Assembly (NCBI GenBank): GCA_963707915.1
Contig: OY970178.1
Coordinates: 701,821 to 765,820 of the forward strand
Length of the DNA stretch: 64,000 nucleotides
Reading direction: 5' to 3'
DNA from: Candidatus Eiseniibacteriota bacterium
GTDB lineage: Bacteria; Eisenbacteria; RBG-16-71-46
The notes beneath the pieces were generated by a model. The model was not told the DNA's origin. It worked only from the letters and a program-made list of their open reading frames with translations, and made no database searches. The position numbers and the translations under genes were made by a program. Shown in pieces: positions 17,915-28,461 of this stretch. Every line of letters begins with the position of its first letter. Position 1 is the first letter of the stretch.

Positions 17915-18660
17915 TGCGTCTCGCCGCACTCGTTCCCGCGTACCAGGCGGCCGCGAAGCTCGGCGACGTGCTGCTGCGGCTCGCCGCGCTCGAGCAGCCT
18001 CCGGCCGTGCTGGTGGTGGATGACGGCTCGCCCGACGACACCGCCGAGGTCGCGCGACGGCACGGCGCCCGCGTGCACTCCTTCGCGACGAACCGCGGCA
18101 AGGGACACGCCCTACTGGCGGGCTTCGCCGCGCTCCGCGACGAGTTCGACGCGGTGGTGACGCTGGACGCCGACGGCCAGCACCCGCCCGAGTGCCTGCC
18201 CGCCCTGGTGCGCGCGGCGGAGCGCGGCGCGGACCTGGTGCTGGGGACGCGGGCGCGCACCTCCGACATGCCGCTGGCGCGCCGCTTCGCGAACGCGTTC
18301 TCCTCGCGGTGGGCGACCTGGCTCGCCGGGCAGCGCGTCTCCGACAGCCAGTGCGGCTACCGCCTCCACTCGAGCCGCCTGCTCGAACGCACACCGCTCA
18401 CGCCCGGTCGCTACGAGGTCGAGACCGAGATGGTGGTGCGCGCTGCGCGCCTCGGCTTCCGCATCGCCGAGGTCGAGATCCCGACGATCTACGGCGAGGA
18501 GCGCAGCCAGGTCCGCGCCTTCCAGGACGTGCCACGCATCATCGGCACGCTGCTGCGCCTCACCGGCGAGGGCGTGATGCCGCCCGCCGCGATGCGCGCG
18601 GCGCACCGGGCCGGGATCGCGGGGCCACGCTCCGCCGGAGCGGGAGGGACGGTCCGGTGA
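17914..18660 (+). CDS. Family 2 glycosyltransferase (polyprenol-phosphate/dolichol-phosphate glycosyltransferase-like)
   Basis: GT2 motifs (VVDDGSPDDT, TLDADGQHPP, QCGYRL); ATG overlaps upstream stop. Confidence 0.8.
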   Translation: MRLAALVPAYQAAAKLGDVLLRLAALEQPPAVLVVDDGSPDDTAEVARRHGARVHSFATNRGKGHALLAGFAALRDEFDAVVTLDADGQHPPECLPALVRAAERGADLVLGTRARTSDMPLARRFANAFSSRWATWLAGQRVSDSQCGYRLHSSRLLERTPLTPGRYEVETEMVVRAARLGFRIAEVEIPTIYGEERSQVRAFQDVPRIIGTLLRLTGEGVMPPAAMRAAHRAGIAGPRSAGAGGTVR

Positions 18661-19403
18661 ACGTGCTGCTCACCAACGACGACGGCATCCAGGCGCCCGC
18701 GCTGCGTCACCTCAAGGACGCGCTGACCCCGCTGGGACGGGTGATCATCGTCGCGCCGGACCGCGACCAGAGCGCCACCTCGCACGCCCTCACGCTCCAG
18801 CGCCCCTTCCGCATCCAGCAGCACGAACCCGACGTCTACAGCGTCGACGGCACGCCGACCGACTGCGTGATCACGTCGTTCTACGGTCTGCTGGATCGCG
18901 CCCCCGACCTGGTCATCTCCGGCATCAACCTGGGACCCAACATGGGGGAGGACGTGTTCTACTCGGGCACGGTGGCGGCGGCCATCGAGGGTTCCCTGCA
19001 GGGCACCCCGGCGATCGCGGCCTCCTTCGCCACGCGGACGGTGCCCGACATGGCTGAGCCCGCGCGGTTCATCGCCCGCCTGGTCGGGCGGCTGCTCGAC
19101 GAGGGCCTGCCGCGCCGCCACCTGCTGAACGTCAACTTCCCCGGCGGCCCGTGGTCCGAGTCCCGCGGGGTCAAGGTCACCCGCCTCGGCAGCCGCGTCT
19201 ACCACGACACGCTGGTGAAGAAGGTGGACCCGCGCGGCCGCGACTACTATTGGATCGGCGGGGAAGACCCCGAGTGGGAGTCCATCGAGGGCACCGACTT
19301 CCATGCCGTGCACGACGGCTGGATCTCGGTTACCCCGTTGCGTCTGGACTTCACCGCCGACACGGCGCTCGCGGAGCTGGAGGCATGGCGCCTGGAGAAG
19401 TAG
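18657..19403 (+). CDS. surE: 5'/3'-nucleotidase SurE
   Basis: N-terminal LLTNDDGIQAPAL, SGINLGPNMGEDVFYSGTVAAA; GTG start overlapping GT2 stop. Confidence 0.9.
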   Translation: MNVLLTNDDGIQAPALRHLKDALTPLGRVIIVAPDRDQSATSHALTLQRPFRIQQHEPDVYSVDGTPTDCVITSFYGLLDRAPDLVISGINLGPNMGEDVFYSGTVAAAIEGSLQGTPAIAASFATRTVPDMAEPARFIARLVGRLLDEGLPRRHLLNVNFPGGPWSESRGVKVTRLGSRVYHDTLVKKVDPRGRDYYWIGGEDPEWESIEGTDFHAVHDGWISVTPLRLDFTADTALAELEAWRLEK

Positions 19404-20095
19404 CGCCGGATCCGGGGCAGGCGGAGCCCGACGCCTTCGCGTCCGAGCGGGCTCGCATGGTGGACGAGCAGCTCCGCGCGCGCGGGGTGCGCGATCCGCG
19501 GATCCTGGCCGCCATGCGCGAGCTGCCCCGGCACCTGTTCCTGCCGCGCGAGCGGTGGAGCGCGGCGTACGGCGACTGGGCGCTGCCGACCGCCTGGGGG
19601 CAGACGATCTCCCAGCCCTACATCGTGGCACGCATGCTCGAGCTGGCCGAGCTCGAGCCTGGCCACCGCGTCCTGGAGATCGGCACCGGGAGCGGCTACC
19701 AGGCCGCACTGCTGGCCCGGCTGGTCCGCGAGGTCTGCAGCGTCGAGCGGATCGGCGGACTGCTGGCGGAGGCGCGGGAACGCCTGACCGCCCTGGGCGC
19801 GGCGGACGTTCGCCTGCTCGAAGGCGACGGCACCCTCGGCTGGCGGGAGTTCGCGCCCTATGATAGGGTCGTTGTCGCTGCGGCGGCTCCCCGGGTTCCG
19901 GAGGCCCTCAAGGAACAACTCGGCGCGCGGGGCGTGCTCGTGATTCCCGTGGGCGGGGCCGCGATCCAGCGCCTGGAGGTCTGGCGCCGGTCGCCGGTCG
20001 GCGAATGGCAGTGCAGCCGACACGGGGAGTGCCGTTTCGTCCCGCTGCTCGGACTTGACGCGTGGCGGGAGGAACGGCACCCATCTCGGGATTGA
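19385..20095 (+). CDS. pcm: Protein-L-isoaspartate O-methyltransferase
   Basis: PIMT motifs (QTISQPYIVARMLE, VLEIGTGSGYQAALLA); conserved surE-pcm adjacency; start ATG 19385 (alternative 19457). Confidence 0.85.
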   Translation: MAPGEVAPDPGQAEPDAFASERARMVDEQLRARGVRDPRILAAMRELPRHLFLPRERWSAAYGDWALPTAWGQTISQPYIVARMLELAELEPGHRVLEIGTGSGYQAALLARLVREVCSVERIGGLLAEARERLTALGAADVRLLEGDGTLGWREFAPYDRVVVAAAAPRVPEALKEQLGARGVLVIPVGGAAIQRLEVWRRSPVGEWQCSRHGECRFVPLLGLDAWREERHPSRD

Positions 20096-20103
20096 TCATC
20101 GGT

Positions 20104-20180
<77 letters not shown>

Positions 20181-20271
20181 CTTCTTCCCTCGTCGTCTCC
20201 CCGCCTCCGCAGGACCGCCGGCGCGCCGCCCGGCCGGCGGGGACCCGCTGCGCACCCCTGCGGCCTGAGCC

Positions 20272-20550
20272 ATGGACCGCGTCGTCCTCGTGATCACGGG
20301 AAGCGTGCAGGGAGTGGGCTTCCGCTGGTACGTTCTCCAGGCGGCGAGGGCCCTCGGGCTCACCGGCGAGGTCCGCAACCGGTCCGACGGCGCCGTGGTG
20401 GTCGAGGCCGAGGGCGCGCGCGACGCGCTCGAACGACTCATGGAGATCGCGCGAGAGGGCCCCGCGATGGCGATAGTCGGGCAGGTGGAGGCGAGCTGGA
20501 GCGAGGGGCCCGCGCGATTCCGCGAATTCCGCATCGGCCGCTCGAGCTGA
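20272..20550 (+). CDS. acyP: Acylphosphatase
   Basis: 92 aa; acylphosphatase signatures (VxGxVQGVGFR, GEVRNRSDGAVVVEAEG). Confidence 0.8.
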   Translation: MDRVVLVITGSVQGVGFRWYVLQAARALGLTGEVRNRSDGAVVVEAEGARDALERLMEIAREGPAMAIVGQVEASWSEGPARFREFRIGRSS

Positions 20551-20558
20551 GGGGGCCC

Positions 20559-21632
20559 ATGGTCACCGGCCTGGTTCGGTTCCGCGATCGGCTCGCCGCC
20601 GCCCTCGCGGCGGCGCAGCCCCGCGGCGCGGTCCTCCAGGACGAGTACGAGGGCCTGCTCGTCGATCCGGACTTCGACGACGTCGAGTTCGAGCGCTTCC
20701 GTGCCGACGCGCTCCAGGCCGGGGTGGAACTGCCGGAGCCGGAGATCGAGCCCGGGGCGGGGACGCGGGAGCCCGCCGTCGGGGCGGACCGGGCCGAGCG
20801 CGACCTCCTGGACATCTACCTCGCCGAGATCGGGCGCGTGCCGCTGCTCGAACATCCCGAGTTGATGGAACTGGCGGGCCGCGCCCGCGCCGGCGACGCC
20901 GAGGCCCGCAAGCGGATCATCGTCGCGAACCTGCGGCTCGTGGTGTACCTCGCGCGCGCCTACCGCAACCGCGGCCTGCCGATGCTCGACCTCATCGAGG
21001 AGGGCAACCTCGGGCTCATCCAGGCGGCGGACCGCTTCGACCCGGGACGCGGACTGCGGTTCTCGACGTACGCCGCGATCTGGATCCGCCAGGCCATCCT
21101 GCGGAGCGTGGCCGAGCAATCGCGCACGGTCCGCATCCCGGTGCAGATGTTCCAGCAGGTCAACCGCTTCGTGCGGGTCGAGCGCGCGTTGCGCGCGCGC
21201 CTCGGGCGCGACCCGACCGCCGAGGAGGTCGCGCACACGATGGAGATCTCGACCCCGCGCGCGGCGCGGCTCGGGGGCCTGCTCGCGAGCCTGCGGTCGC
21301 TCGACGAAGGCACCAGCGTGCAGGCCTACGAGCAGCTCTCGACCGAGGACCTGGCCGAATCGCCCCCCTCGGTCGAACGCCTCATCGAGCTGCAACTCGA
21401 GCACGAGCAGGTGGGCCGCCTGCTGCGCTCGCTGAGCCAGCGCGAGGAGCAGATCGTGCGCATCCGCTACGGCTTCTACGACGGGGTGGCGCGAACGCTG
21501 GCGCAGACCGGCGGCCTGTTCGGGATCTCGCGCGAACGCGTGCGGCAGATCGAGGCCCGCGCCCTGCAGAAGCTGCGCCGGGCGATCGAGTTGCAGGAGA
21601 CGGCGCGCGCCGGCGACGGCAGCGTCCAGTGA
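20559..21632 (+). CDS. Sigma-70 family RNA polymerase sigma factor (group 2-like, RpoS/RpoD-type)
   Basis: Region 1.2-2.4 (DLLDIYLAEIGRVPLL, NLRLVVYLARAYRNRGLPMLDLIEEGNLGLIQAADRFDPGRGLRFSTYAAIWIRQAI) and region 4 (TLAQTGGLFGISRERVRQIEARALQKLR); closely parallels E. coli RpoS core as I recall it. Confidence 0.85.
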   Translation: MVTGLVRFRDRLAAALAAAQPRGAVLQDEYEGLLVDPDFDDVEFERFRADALQAGVELPEPEIEPGAGTREPAVGADRAERDLLDIYLAEIGRVPLLEHPELMELAGRARAGDAEARKRIIVANLRLVVYLARAYRNRGLPMLDLIEEGNLGLIQAADRFDPGRGLRFSTYAAIWIRQAILRSVAEQSRTVRIPVQMFQQVNRFVRVERALRARLGRDPTAEEVAHTMEISTPRAARLGGLLASLRSLDEGTSVQAYEQLSTEDLAESPPSVERLIELQLEHEQVGRLLRSLSQREEQIVRIRYGFYDGVARTLAQTGGLFGISRERVRQIEARALQKLRRAIELQETARAGDGSVQ

Positions 21633-21687
21633 GGGCCGCGGGGAGCTCGCGACGCCGCCCGCCAACCGGAACCATGGAGAGCCGCGC

Positions 21688-22209
21688 ATGGACGACCTGA
21701 AGAAGTACATCCGCGACGTCCCCGACTTCCCCCGCAAGGGGATCGTCTTCAAGGACATCACGCCGCTGCTGCACGATGCGGCGGCCCTCGGCCGTGCCGT
21801 CGAGCGGATGAGCCAGCGCGCCGCGCGGCCGGCAGGCGTCGTGGCCATCGAGTCGCGCGGCTTCGTGTTCGGCACCGCGCTCGCGCTGCACTGGCGGGTG
21901 CCGCTGGTGCTGGCGCGCAAGTTCGGCAAGCTGCCCGGCCGGACCGTCCGGCAGGTCTACTCGCTCGAGTACGGCGAGGACACGCTCGAGATCCACGCGG
22001 ACGCACTCGGCCCCGGGCAGCAGGTCGTGGTGGTGGACGACCTGCTGGCGACCGGCGGCACCGCCCTTGCCACGGTCCGCCTCGTCGAGCAACTCCAGGC
22101 CCGGGTGCTGGCGACGCTGTTCCTCATCGAGCTGGCCGGGCTCGGCGGCCGTGAGCGCCTTGCCGGATACCCGGTGGAGTCGCTGCTGCGCTACGAGGTG
22201 ACGGGGTAG
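21688..22209 (+). CDS. apt: Adenine phosphoribosyltransferase
   Basis: 173 aa; PRTase motif VVVVDDLLATGGT and Apt N-terminus (IRDVPDFPRKGIVFKDITPLL). Confidence 0.9.
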   Translation: MDDLKKYIRDVPDFPRKGIVFKDITPLLHDAAALGRAVERMSQRAARPAGVVAIESRGFVFGTALALHWRVPLVLARKFGKLPGRTVRQVYSLEYGEDTLEIHADALGPGQQVVVVDDLLATGGTALATVRLVEQLQARVLATLFLIELAGLGGRERLAGYPVESLLRYEVTG

Positions 22210-22308
22210 GGGCGGCTCGACGTCCGCAAAGAGAGGGGCGCCGTGCCGGCCCATGTCGCAGGTGCCGGACGGCGCCCCTCCCGTATGGCGTGCTGGTCCC
22301 GGGGCCTG

Positions 22309-22509
22309 CTAGACCTTGCGGACGTTCGCGGCCTGAAGTCCCTTGGGGCCCTGGTTCACGTCGAACTCCACGGCATCGCCTTCGGCGAGCGTCTTGAATC
22401 CTTCGCCAGAGATCGCCGAGAAGTGGACGAACACGTCCTCGCCACCCTCCTGAGAGATGAATCCGAACCCCTTCGCTTCGTTGAACCACTTCACGGTGCC
22501 ACGAGCCAC
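22309..22509 (-). CDS. Cold-shock protein (CspA family)
   Basis: 66 aa; RNP1/RNP2 motifs ([23 protein letters not shown]); GTG start with AGGAG 6 nt upstream on minus strand. Confidence 0.85.
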   Translation of the reverse strand: MARGTVKWFNEAKGFGFISQEGGEDVFVHFSAISGEGFKTLAEGDAVEFDVNQGPKGLQAANVRKV

Positions 22510-22754
22510 TTGGAACTCCTTGATGCCGGGTCCGGGGACCCTCTCGTGCCGCCTGGACGCGGCGGCTGCGCCCGGCCACTCTGACCGGCTTCGGTCTGCC
22601 CGCGATGACGGAACCAGCGGCCGGGGCCGGGGCGGACCCCGACGCACGGACCGGAGGTTCGACCCCCCGCAGGTGACCAAGGCGGACGCAAGTATCGGCA
22701 GGGCCCGCTGGAGTGTCAAGCTCCCGGTGGGGCCTGCGGCGCTCCATCCCCCGG

Positions 22755-22784
22755 TTCGCACGGACCCGGAGCGAGAGGTAGAAT
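22755..22784 (+). promoter_or_regulatory. Putative promoter upstream of GH57-like gene (TTCGCA-N18-TAGAAT)
   Basis: -10-like TAGAAT 22779-22784 and -35-like TTCGCA 22755-22760; by-eye only. Confidence 0.2.
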
Positions 22785-22844
22785 CATCGCCCGCGCGCGT
22801 GGAGCCGTCACGCACTCGCAGGCACCATCGACCAGGAGTCCCCC

Positions 22845-25800
22845 ATGCGGGCGCCAAAGGCCGCCGCACTCGCAGCCCTCCTCCTCCTCCCGGAGGCTTT
22901 CGCCGCCGCGGCGGCCCCGGCCGCGGCCGCCGCGGATCCGCCCATCTACGTCGCCTTCCTCTGGCACATGCACCAGCCGATCTACTGGCCCTACGAGTCC
23001 GTCCTCCAGACCGAGGCCGGCCAGCGCTACCCCTACTCGGTGGTGGACATCCACAGCCAGCGCAGCGGGCCGTATACGGGATGGCCCAGGGACGCGGTCG
23101 AGAAGGGGATCGCCGCGGGCCTCGGCCATCTCGGTGCACAGGTCAGCCTCAGCGGCTCCCTGATCGAGAACCTCGACGCCCTCGAGGCGGGCGGCAACCC
23201 CAACTTCCAGCAGTGGAAGAGCCCCTGGACCTCGATCCACTCCCAGACCACCGTCCTCGGCCACCCGCGCGTCGACCTGGTCGGCTTCGGCTACCACCAT
23301 CCGCTCATGGGCCTGATCGAACCCGCCGACCTGCGCAGGCAGATCCAGGCCCACCGCGGCCGCCTCGCCTCCGCGTTCGGCGGCGCCACCTCGCGCGGGA
23401 TCTTCCCGCCCGAGAACGCGTTCACGCAGCGCATGATCCCGGCCCTCGCGGCCGAGGGGCTCGAGTGGGTCCTGGTGGACAACGTCCACTTCGACCGCGC
23501 CGCGACGGCCTACCCCTACAGCACCGGCGGGAACCTGGTCGAACCGAACCGGGCCGACGTGCGCAACCCGGACCCTGCCGACTGGGTCCAGCTGAGCGGG
23601 GTCTGGGCCCCGACGCCGGTCTCCGGCGCGTGGGGCCACCGCCCGCACTTCGTCCAGTACCGCGACCCGGCGAGCGGGCAGACCTCGCGCATGATCGCCG
23701 TCCCGGCCGATCGCTACCTGGGCAACGAGGACGGCCGCGGCGGCTTCGGCGCCCTGCAGTACGACGCCGTCATGAGCCAGCTCCAGCCCTACAACACCGA
23801 TCCCGCGCATCCGCTCCTCGTCGTGCTCCACCACGACGGTGACAACTACGGCGGCGGGAGCGAGAGCTACTACCACGGGAACTTCCAGGCCTTCGTGGAC
23901 TGGCTCGCGGCCAACCCCGGCCGCTTCGTCGGCACGACGGTCGAGGACTACCTCGAGATGTTCCCGCCCGACACCGGCGACGTGATCCACGTCGAGAACG
24001 GCTCGTGGAGCGGCGCGGACAACGGCGACCCCGAGTTCAAGAAGTGGCTCGGCGATCCCGGATCGACCGGCTACAGCCCCGACCGCAACTCCTGGGCGGT
24101 GGTGACCGCCGCCCGGAACGTCGTGGCCACCGCCGAGCTGATCGCCCCGGCGGCGTCCGGCACCATCGACGCGTGGCGCGACCTGCTCAACGCCGAGGCC
24201 AGCGACTACTGGTACTGGGACGGCGCGCAGGGCGGCATCTGGGACGCGCACCCCACGCGGGCAGCGAACCAGGCCGTGCTGCACGCCCAGCCGGTCGTGA
24301 GCGGCGGCGCGGACCTCGCCGGGCCGACCGTGTTCGTCCCACAGCGCGAGCCCTACAACCCCGGCGGCACCGAGTGGACGATCGCCCAGTCCGGCGATTT
24401 CGAGGTCTGGACCTTCGCCTACGACGTGAGCGGCCTCGCGTCGGTCACCCTCCGCTACCGGCTCGACGATGACGGGCAGCTGGCGGTGGACGCGGCGGCG
24501 AACGACACCTACGCCGGCGGGGCCGGCGTGGGCGCGTGGGTCTCCGTGGCCTGCACGGCCAGCGACCTGGCCTCGACGACCGACCCGCTGCCGCTGCGCC
24601 GGGCGAAGCGCTACGCCGCCCGCGTCACCGGGCTCGCCAGCGTCCTGGTGGACTACTACATCGAGGCCGCCGACTCGCTCGGCAACCTGAGCCGCTCCGC
24701 CATCCAGCACGTCTGGGTGGGCGCGGGCGGCGCTGGCCCGACCGGCGTCACCGTCATCCCCGGCGCCCCGCAGCAGACCGACTCCGTCACGATCACCGTG
24801 CACGGCACGACGCAGCCGGCGCGGCTCCACTGGGGCGTCAACGGTTTTGCCACCCCGATCCCGGCCTACCGTCCGGCCGGCACCACGCTCTACAACGGCA
24901 CCGGCCCGGCGGTCGAGACCCCGTTCAACGTGACGGGCGGCGACCTGGCGCTCACGCTCGGCCCGTTCGCCGCCACCGGCCAGGCCGTGACCTCGCTGGA
25001 CTTCGTCATCCACTACGACGCCGGGGCCTGGGACAACAACGGCGGCCAGGACTGGCACGTCCCGGTCGCGGGCGGCGCCGGCCGGAGGCTCTACGTCATG
25101 GACGGCGCGCTCGACGCGGGCGTCGCCGTGGCCTGCAGCAACGCCGGCGTGGACCTGTACCTGGACTGGAACGGCACCGAGCTCTACGCCGCCACGCCGG
25201 CCGCCGGCGCGGCGGGGTGTGACGTCTTCATCCTGGTGGCCGGCACGCGTGGTGTCCTGCGCGGCGCGCCCTGGGCGAAGGCCGGCCAAATCGGCACGTG
25301 GGCCGCCTTCCTCGGCAACGAGAGCTCCAACAACTGGTGCGGATGGTCCGACCAGCAGGGGACGGTGGGCAAGGCCGCCGCCAGCTTCCTCGAGGGGACC
25401 ATCGACCTCGGCGCCGAGCTGGGGAGCGTGCCGCCGAGCGTCTTCGTCGCGGTCGGGCGCTACGCAACCGCCGACGGCGGCGCCCTGCTCGCCCAGGCGC
25501 CGGCCGGCAACGGCGACGCGAACCTCGACGGCACCGAGTACCTCGAGTTCCCGCTCGGCACCACGGCCGTGCGGCCGGAGCCCCGGGGGACGGCAGTGGC
25601 CCTGCTGCCCCTGGCGCCGACCCCGCTCCACGGACCGGCCTCGATCACCTACGTGCTGCCGCGCGCAGCGCACGTATCGCTCGAGGTGTTCGACACCGGC
25701 GGCCGGCGCGTGGCTGCGCTGGTGGACGGGGTGGAGCCCGCCGGCACGCGCGGGGCGCGGTGGGACGCGGCCGGCCTCGGCCCCGGCGTCTACTTCGTGC

Positions 25801-25853
25801 GGCTGCGCGCCGCGGGGGAGAGCATCACCCGGCGCGCCGTCGTGATCCGCTAG
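22845..25853 (+). CDS. Secreted glycoside hydrolase, GH57-like N-terminal catalytic region, C-terminal FlgD-Ig/T9SS-type sorting domain
   Basis: Signal peptide; [13 protein letters not shown] resembles the GH57 conserved HQP region; C-terminal about 80 aa ([30 protein letters not shown]...GVYFVRLRA) matches the FlgD-like C-terminal sorting domain pattern. Confidence 0.6.
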   Translation: MRAPKAAALAALLLLPEAFAAAAAPAAAAADPPIYVAFLWHMHQPIYWPYESVLQTEAGQRYPYSVVDIHSQRSGPYTGWPRDAVEKGIAAGLGHLGAQVSLSGSLIENLDALEAGGNPNFQQWKSPWTSIHSQTTVLGHPRVDLVGFGYHHPLMGLIEPADLRRQIQAHRGRLASAFGGATSRGIFPPENAFTQRMIPALAAEGLEWVLVDNVHFDRAATAYPYSTGGNLVEPNRADVRNPDPADWVQLSGVWAPTPVSGAWGHRPHFVQYRDPASGQTSRMIAVPADRYLGNEDGRGGFGALQYDAVMSQLQPYNTDPAHPLLVVLHHDGDNYGGGSESYYHGNFQAFVDWLAANPGRFVGTTVEDYLEMFPPDTGDVIHVENGSWSGADNGDPEFKKWLGDPGSTGYSPDRNSWAVVTAARNVVATAELIAPAASGTIDAWRDLLNAEASDYWYWDGAQGGIWDAHPTRAANQAVLHAQPVVSGGADLAGPTVFVPQREPYNPGGTEWTIAQSGDFEVWTFAYDVSGLASVTLRYRLDDDGQLAVDAAANDTYAGGAGVGAWVSVACTASDLASTTDPLPLRRAKRYAARVTGLASVLVDYYIEAADSLGNLSRSAIQHVWVGAGGAGPTGVTVIPGAPQQTDSVTITVHGTTQPARLHWGVNGFATPIPAYRPAGTTLYNGTGPAVETPFNVTGGDLALTLGPFAATGQAVTSLDFVIHYDAGAWDNNGGQDWHVPVAGGAGRRLYVMDGALDAGVAVACSNAGVDLYLDWNGTELYAATPAAGAAGCDVFILVAGTRGVLRGAPWAKAGQIGTWAAFLGNESSNNWCGWSDQQGTVGKAAASFLEGTIDLGAELGSVPPSVFVAVGRYATADGGALLAQAPAGNGDANLDGTEYLEFPLGTTAVRPEPRGTAVALLPLAPTPLHGPASITYVLPRAAHVSLEVFDTGGRRVAALVDGVEPAGTRGARWDAAGLGPGVYFVRLRAAGESITRRAVVIR

Positions 25854-25997
25854 GGAAGCCGGGCCCGCGTTCCGGCCCGCATCCGGACGGGGCAGCGTGC
25901 ATCGAAGGGGTATCCACGCGCCCGGTGCTAAGATGCCACCGCGCCGGGCGCCCGCACGGGCCCCTCCCTTCGATCACCCACTCCCAGGAGGTTTCAC

Positions 25998-26603
25998 ATG
26001 GGCGTTCTGGTCGGCCGCAAGGCCCCCGACTTCACGGCGGCCGCCGTCCACGGCGACGGCAGCATCGTGGAGTCCTACAACTTCTCCGCCGCCACCCGTG
26101 GCAAGTACGCCGTCGTCTTCTTCTGGCCGCTCGACTTCACCTTCGTCTGCCCCTCCGAGCTCATCGCCTTCCACCACCGCCTCGAGGACTTCAAGTCCCG
26201 CAACGTCGAGGTGGTCGGGGTGTCGGTGGATTCGCAGTGGACCCACAACGCGTGGCGCAACGTCCCGGTGGCGCAGGGCGGCATCGGAGCGGTGGGCTAC
26301 ACCATGGTCGCCGACCTCTCGCACGCGGTCTGCAAGGCCTACGACGTCGAGCATCCCGACGGCACGGTCGCCTTCCGCGGATCCTTCCTCATCGACCGCG
26401 ACGGCGTGGTGCAGCACCAGGTGGTGAACAACCTGCCCCTCGGCCGCAACATCGACGAGATGCTGCGCATGGTGGACGCCCTGCAGTTCCACGAGGCGAA
26501 CGGCGAGGTCTGTCCGGCCGGCTGGCAGAAGGGCGGGAAGGGCATGAAGGCCACGCCGCATGGCGTCGCCGACTACCTCGCCGCCAACGCCGCGAAGCTC
26601 TGA
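25998..26603 (+). CDS. Peroxiredoxin (typical 2-Cys, AhpC/Prx1 subfamily)
   Basis: Peroxidatic Cys motif FFWPLDFTFVCPSE and resolving Cys in GEVCPAGW; RBS caggagg. Confidence 0.9.
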   Translation: MGVLVGRKAPDFTAAAVHGDGSIVESYNFSAATRGKYAVVFFWPLDFTFVCPSELIAFHHRLEDFKSRNVEVVGVSVDSQWTHNAWRNVPVAQGGIGAVGYTMVADLSHAVCKAYDVEHPDGTVAFRGSFLIDRDGVVQHQVVNNLPLGRNIDEMLRMVDALQFHEANGEVCPAGWQKGGKGMKATPHGVADYLAANAAKL

Positions 26604-26683
26604 GCCCGCGCGTCCGCCGCATCACGGGCCTGCGGGCGGCGTGCCCGCCCGCCGGCCCGCAACGTTCCCGGAGGGAGCGCACC

Positions 26684-28309
26684 ATGAGCCGTCTGCATCC
26701 TGTCGTCGCCGGTCTCGCGTTCGCCTCGGTCCTCGCCGCCGCGCTCCCCGCGCATGCGGTGCGGGCGGGCGAGGCCCTGCCGGTGTTCGCGCCGGAGACG
26801 TTCGAGGCGCACCTGCGCTTCCTCGCCGACGACCTGCTCGAGGGCCGCGGGATCGGCACGCGCGGCGGACGGTTCGCCGCCGCGTACGTCGAGTCGGTGT
26901 TCCGCACCGCCGGGCTGCAGCCCGGCACGCGCGGCGGGTTCCTGCAGAAGGTCCCGATGGAGGCGTTCGCGCCGGACCCGCAGGCGAGCATCACGCTGGA
27001 GCGCGGGGACGCGCGGGCCCAGCTGTCCACGGGCGACGACTTCGCCGTGGTCAACTGCGGGCTGCCGGGCGGCGTGCTGAGCACCGAGCCGCTGTTCGTC
27101 GGCTACGCCATCAGCGCGCGCGAGGAGGACTGGGACGACTACAAGGACACCGACGTGCGCGGCCGCCTGCTCGTCGCGCTGGTGAACGAGCCGGGGCGCG
27201 ACGACTCCACGCGGTTCCGCGGGCGCGCGCTGACCCTGCACGGGCGCTGGCGGACGAAGCTCGAGGAGGCGGCGCGACGCGGGGCCGCCGGCATGCTGCT
27301 GATCCACACCGACGCCGACGCGGGCTACTCCTGGGACGTCGCCCGCAGCACGGCGACCAAGCGCACGCTTGCGCTGGCGGACGACCCCGTGCGCCTCCCG
27401 GTGGGCGGCTGGATCCGGGAGGCCGCCGCGCGCCAGCTCCTGCGCATGGCGGGCCAGGACCTCGACGAGCTGCGCCGGCTGGCCGAGCAGCGCTCGTTCC
27501 AGCCGGTGCGGCTGCCGGTCAGCGTGCGCATCGCGTCCCGCCTGTCCCGCAGCCCGCTGGCCGGCACCAACGTGGTCGGCGTGCTGCCCGGGGCGGGCCC
27601 GGACGCCATCGTGCTGACCGCGCACCTGGACCATCTCGGGATCGGCCGGGCGGTGGACGGCGATTCGATCTACAACGGCGCCGTGGACAACGGCACCGCC
27701 CTGGCCGTGCTCCTCGGGCTCGCGCAGGGCTTCGCGCGCGCCGGCTCCGCATCGCATCCCACGCTGGTCTTCGTCGCGGCCGACGCCGAGGAGGAGGGCC
27801 TGCTCGGGTCGCTCTACCAGGTGCGGCACCCCGCAGTCCCGCTGGAGCGGACGCTGGCCGCCCTCAACTTCGAGATGTCCAATCCCTGGGGCCTGACGCG
27901 CGACGTGCTGCTCATCGGCGCCCCGTTCGCCGCCTTCGCCCGCGCGCTCGCGCCCGTGCTCGGCCCCCGCGGCATGCGCGTCAGCCGCGACCCGGCCCCC
28001 GAGCAGGGCTTCATGTTCCGCTCGGACCAGCTCGCCTGGGCCCAGGCCGGCGTCCCCGCGGCATGGATCGACGGCGGGACCGACTACGTGGGCCGACCGG
28101 CCGGGTGGGGGGAGGCGAAGCGCGCCGAGTACCGCGCCCGGACCTACCATCGCCCCACGGACGACGTGCGCGCGGACTTCGACTACTCCGGGCTCGCCCA
28201 GCTCGCCGAGATCTCCGCCGCGCTCGTGCAGCGGATCGGAGCCGGCGGCACGGCCGCGTGGAAGACCGACCCGGAACTCGTGGGCATGCGGAGCAGCGCG
28301 AGCCGCTGA
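26684..28309 (+). CDS. M28-family metallopeptidase (aminopeptidase) with PA domain, secreted
   Basis: Signal peptide; M28 zinc-ligand region (TAHLDHLG...DNGTALAVLL...DAEEEGLLGS); RBS ggaggg. Confidence 0.8.
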   Translation: MSRLHPVVAGLAFASVLAAALPAHAVRAGEALPVFAPETFEAHLRFLADDLLEGRGIGTRGGRFAAAYVESVFRTAGLQPGTRGGFLQKVPMEAFAPDPQASITLERGDARAQLSTGDDFAVVNCGLPGGVLSTEPLFVGYAISAREEDWDDYKDTDVRGRLLVALVNEPGRDDSTRFRGRALTLHGRWRTKLEEAARRGAAGMLLIHTDADAGYSWDVARSTATKRTLALADDPVRLPVGGWIREAAARQLLRMAGQDLDELRRLAEQRSFQPVRLPVSVRIASRLSRSPLAGTNVVGVLPGAGPDAIVLTAHLDHLGIGRAVDGDSIYNGAVDNGTALAVLLGLAQGFARAGSASHPTLVFVAADAEEEGLLGSLYQVRHPAVPLERTLAALNFEMSNPWGLTRDVLLIGAPFAAFARALAPVLGPRGMRVSRDPAPEQGFMFRSDQLAWAQAGVPAAWIDGGTDYVGRPAGWGEAKRAEYRARTYHRPTDDVRADFDYSGLAQLAEISAALVQRIGAGGTAAWKTDPELVGMRSSASR

Positions 28310-28461
28310 TCCGCGTCCGCCGGATGGCAACGGGAGCGCCGGAAGCGTCGCTTCCCCGCGCCGCCCTCACGCGGTAGGGTGCCGGCATGCCGCCTCCCCG
28401 TGCGCCCGCGGGCCGCGGGGTCGATCCGTCCCGCAACGTCCCAGGTCACGGGAGCCCTGCC

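Noticed and set aside
20054-20059. TTGACG hexamer upstream of tRNA-Pro(CGG) as a promoter -35
   Set aside because: Lies inside the pcm coding region and has no recognisable -10 at proper spacing; the tRNA may be co-transcribed with pcm or use a promoter I cannot identify
25897-26427. 176-aa ORF overlapping the peroxiredoxin gene in another frame, and similar same-strand alternate-frame ORFs (e.g. 309..1493, 8238..10136, 9484..10410, 39600..40853)
   Set aside because: Each overlaps a gene with strong family motifs in a different frame and translates to low-complexity sequence
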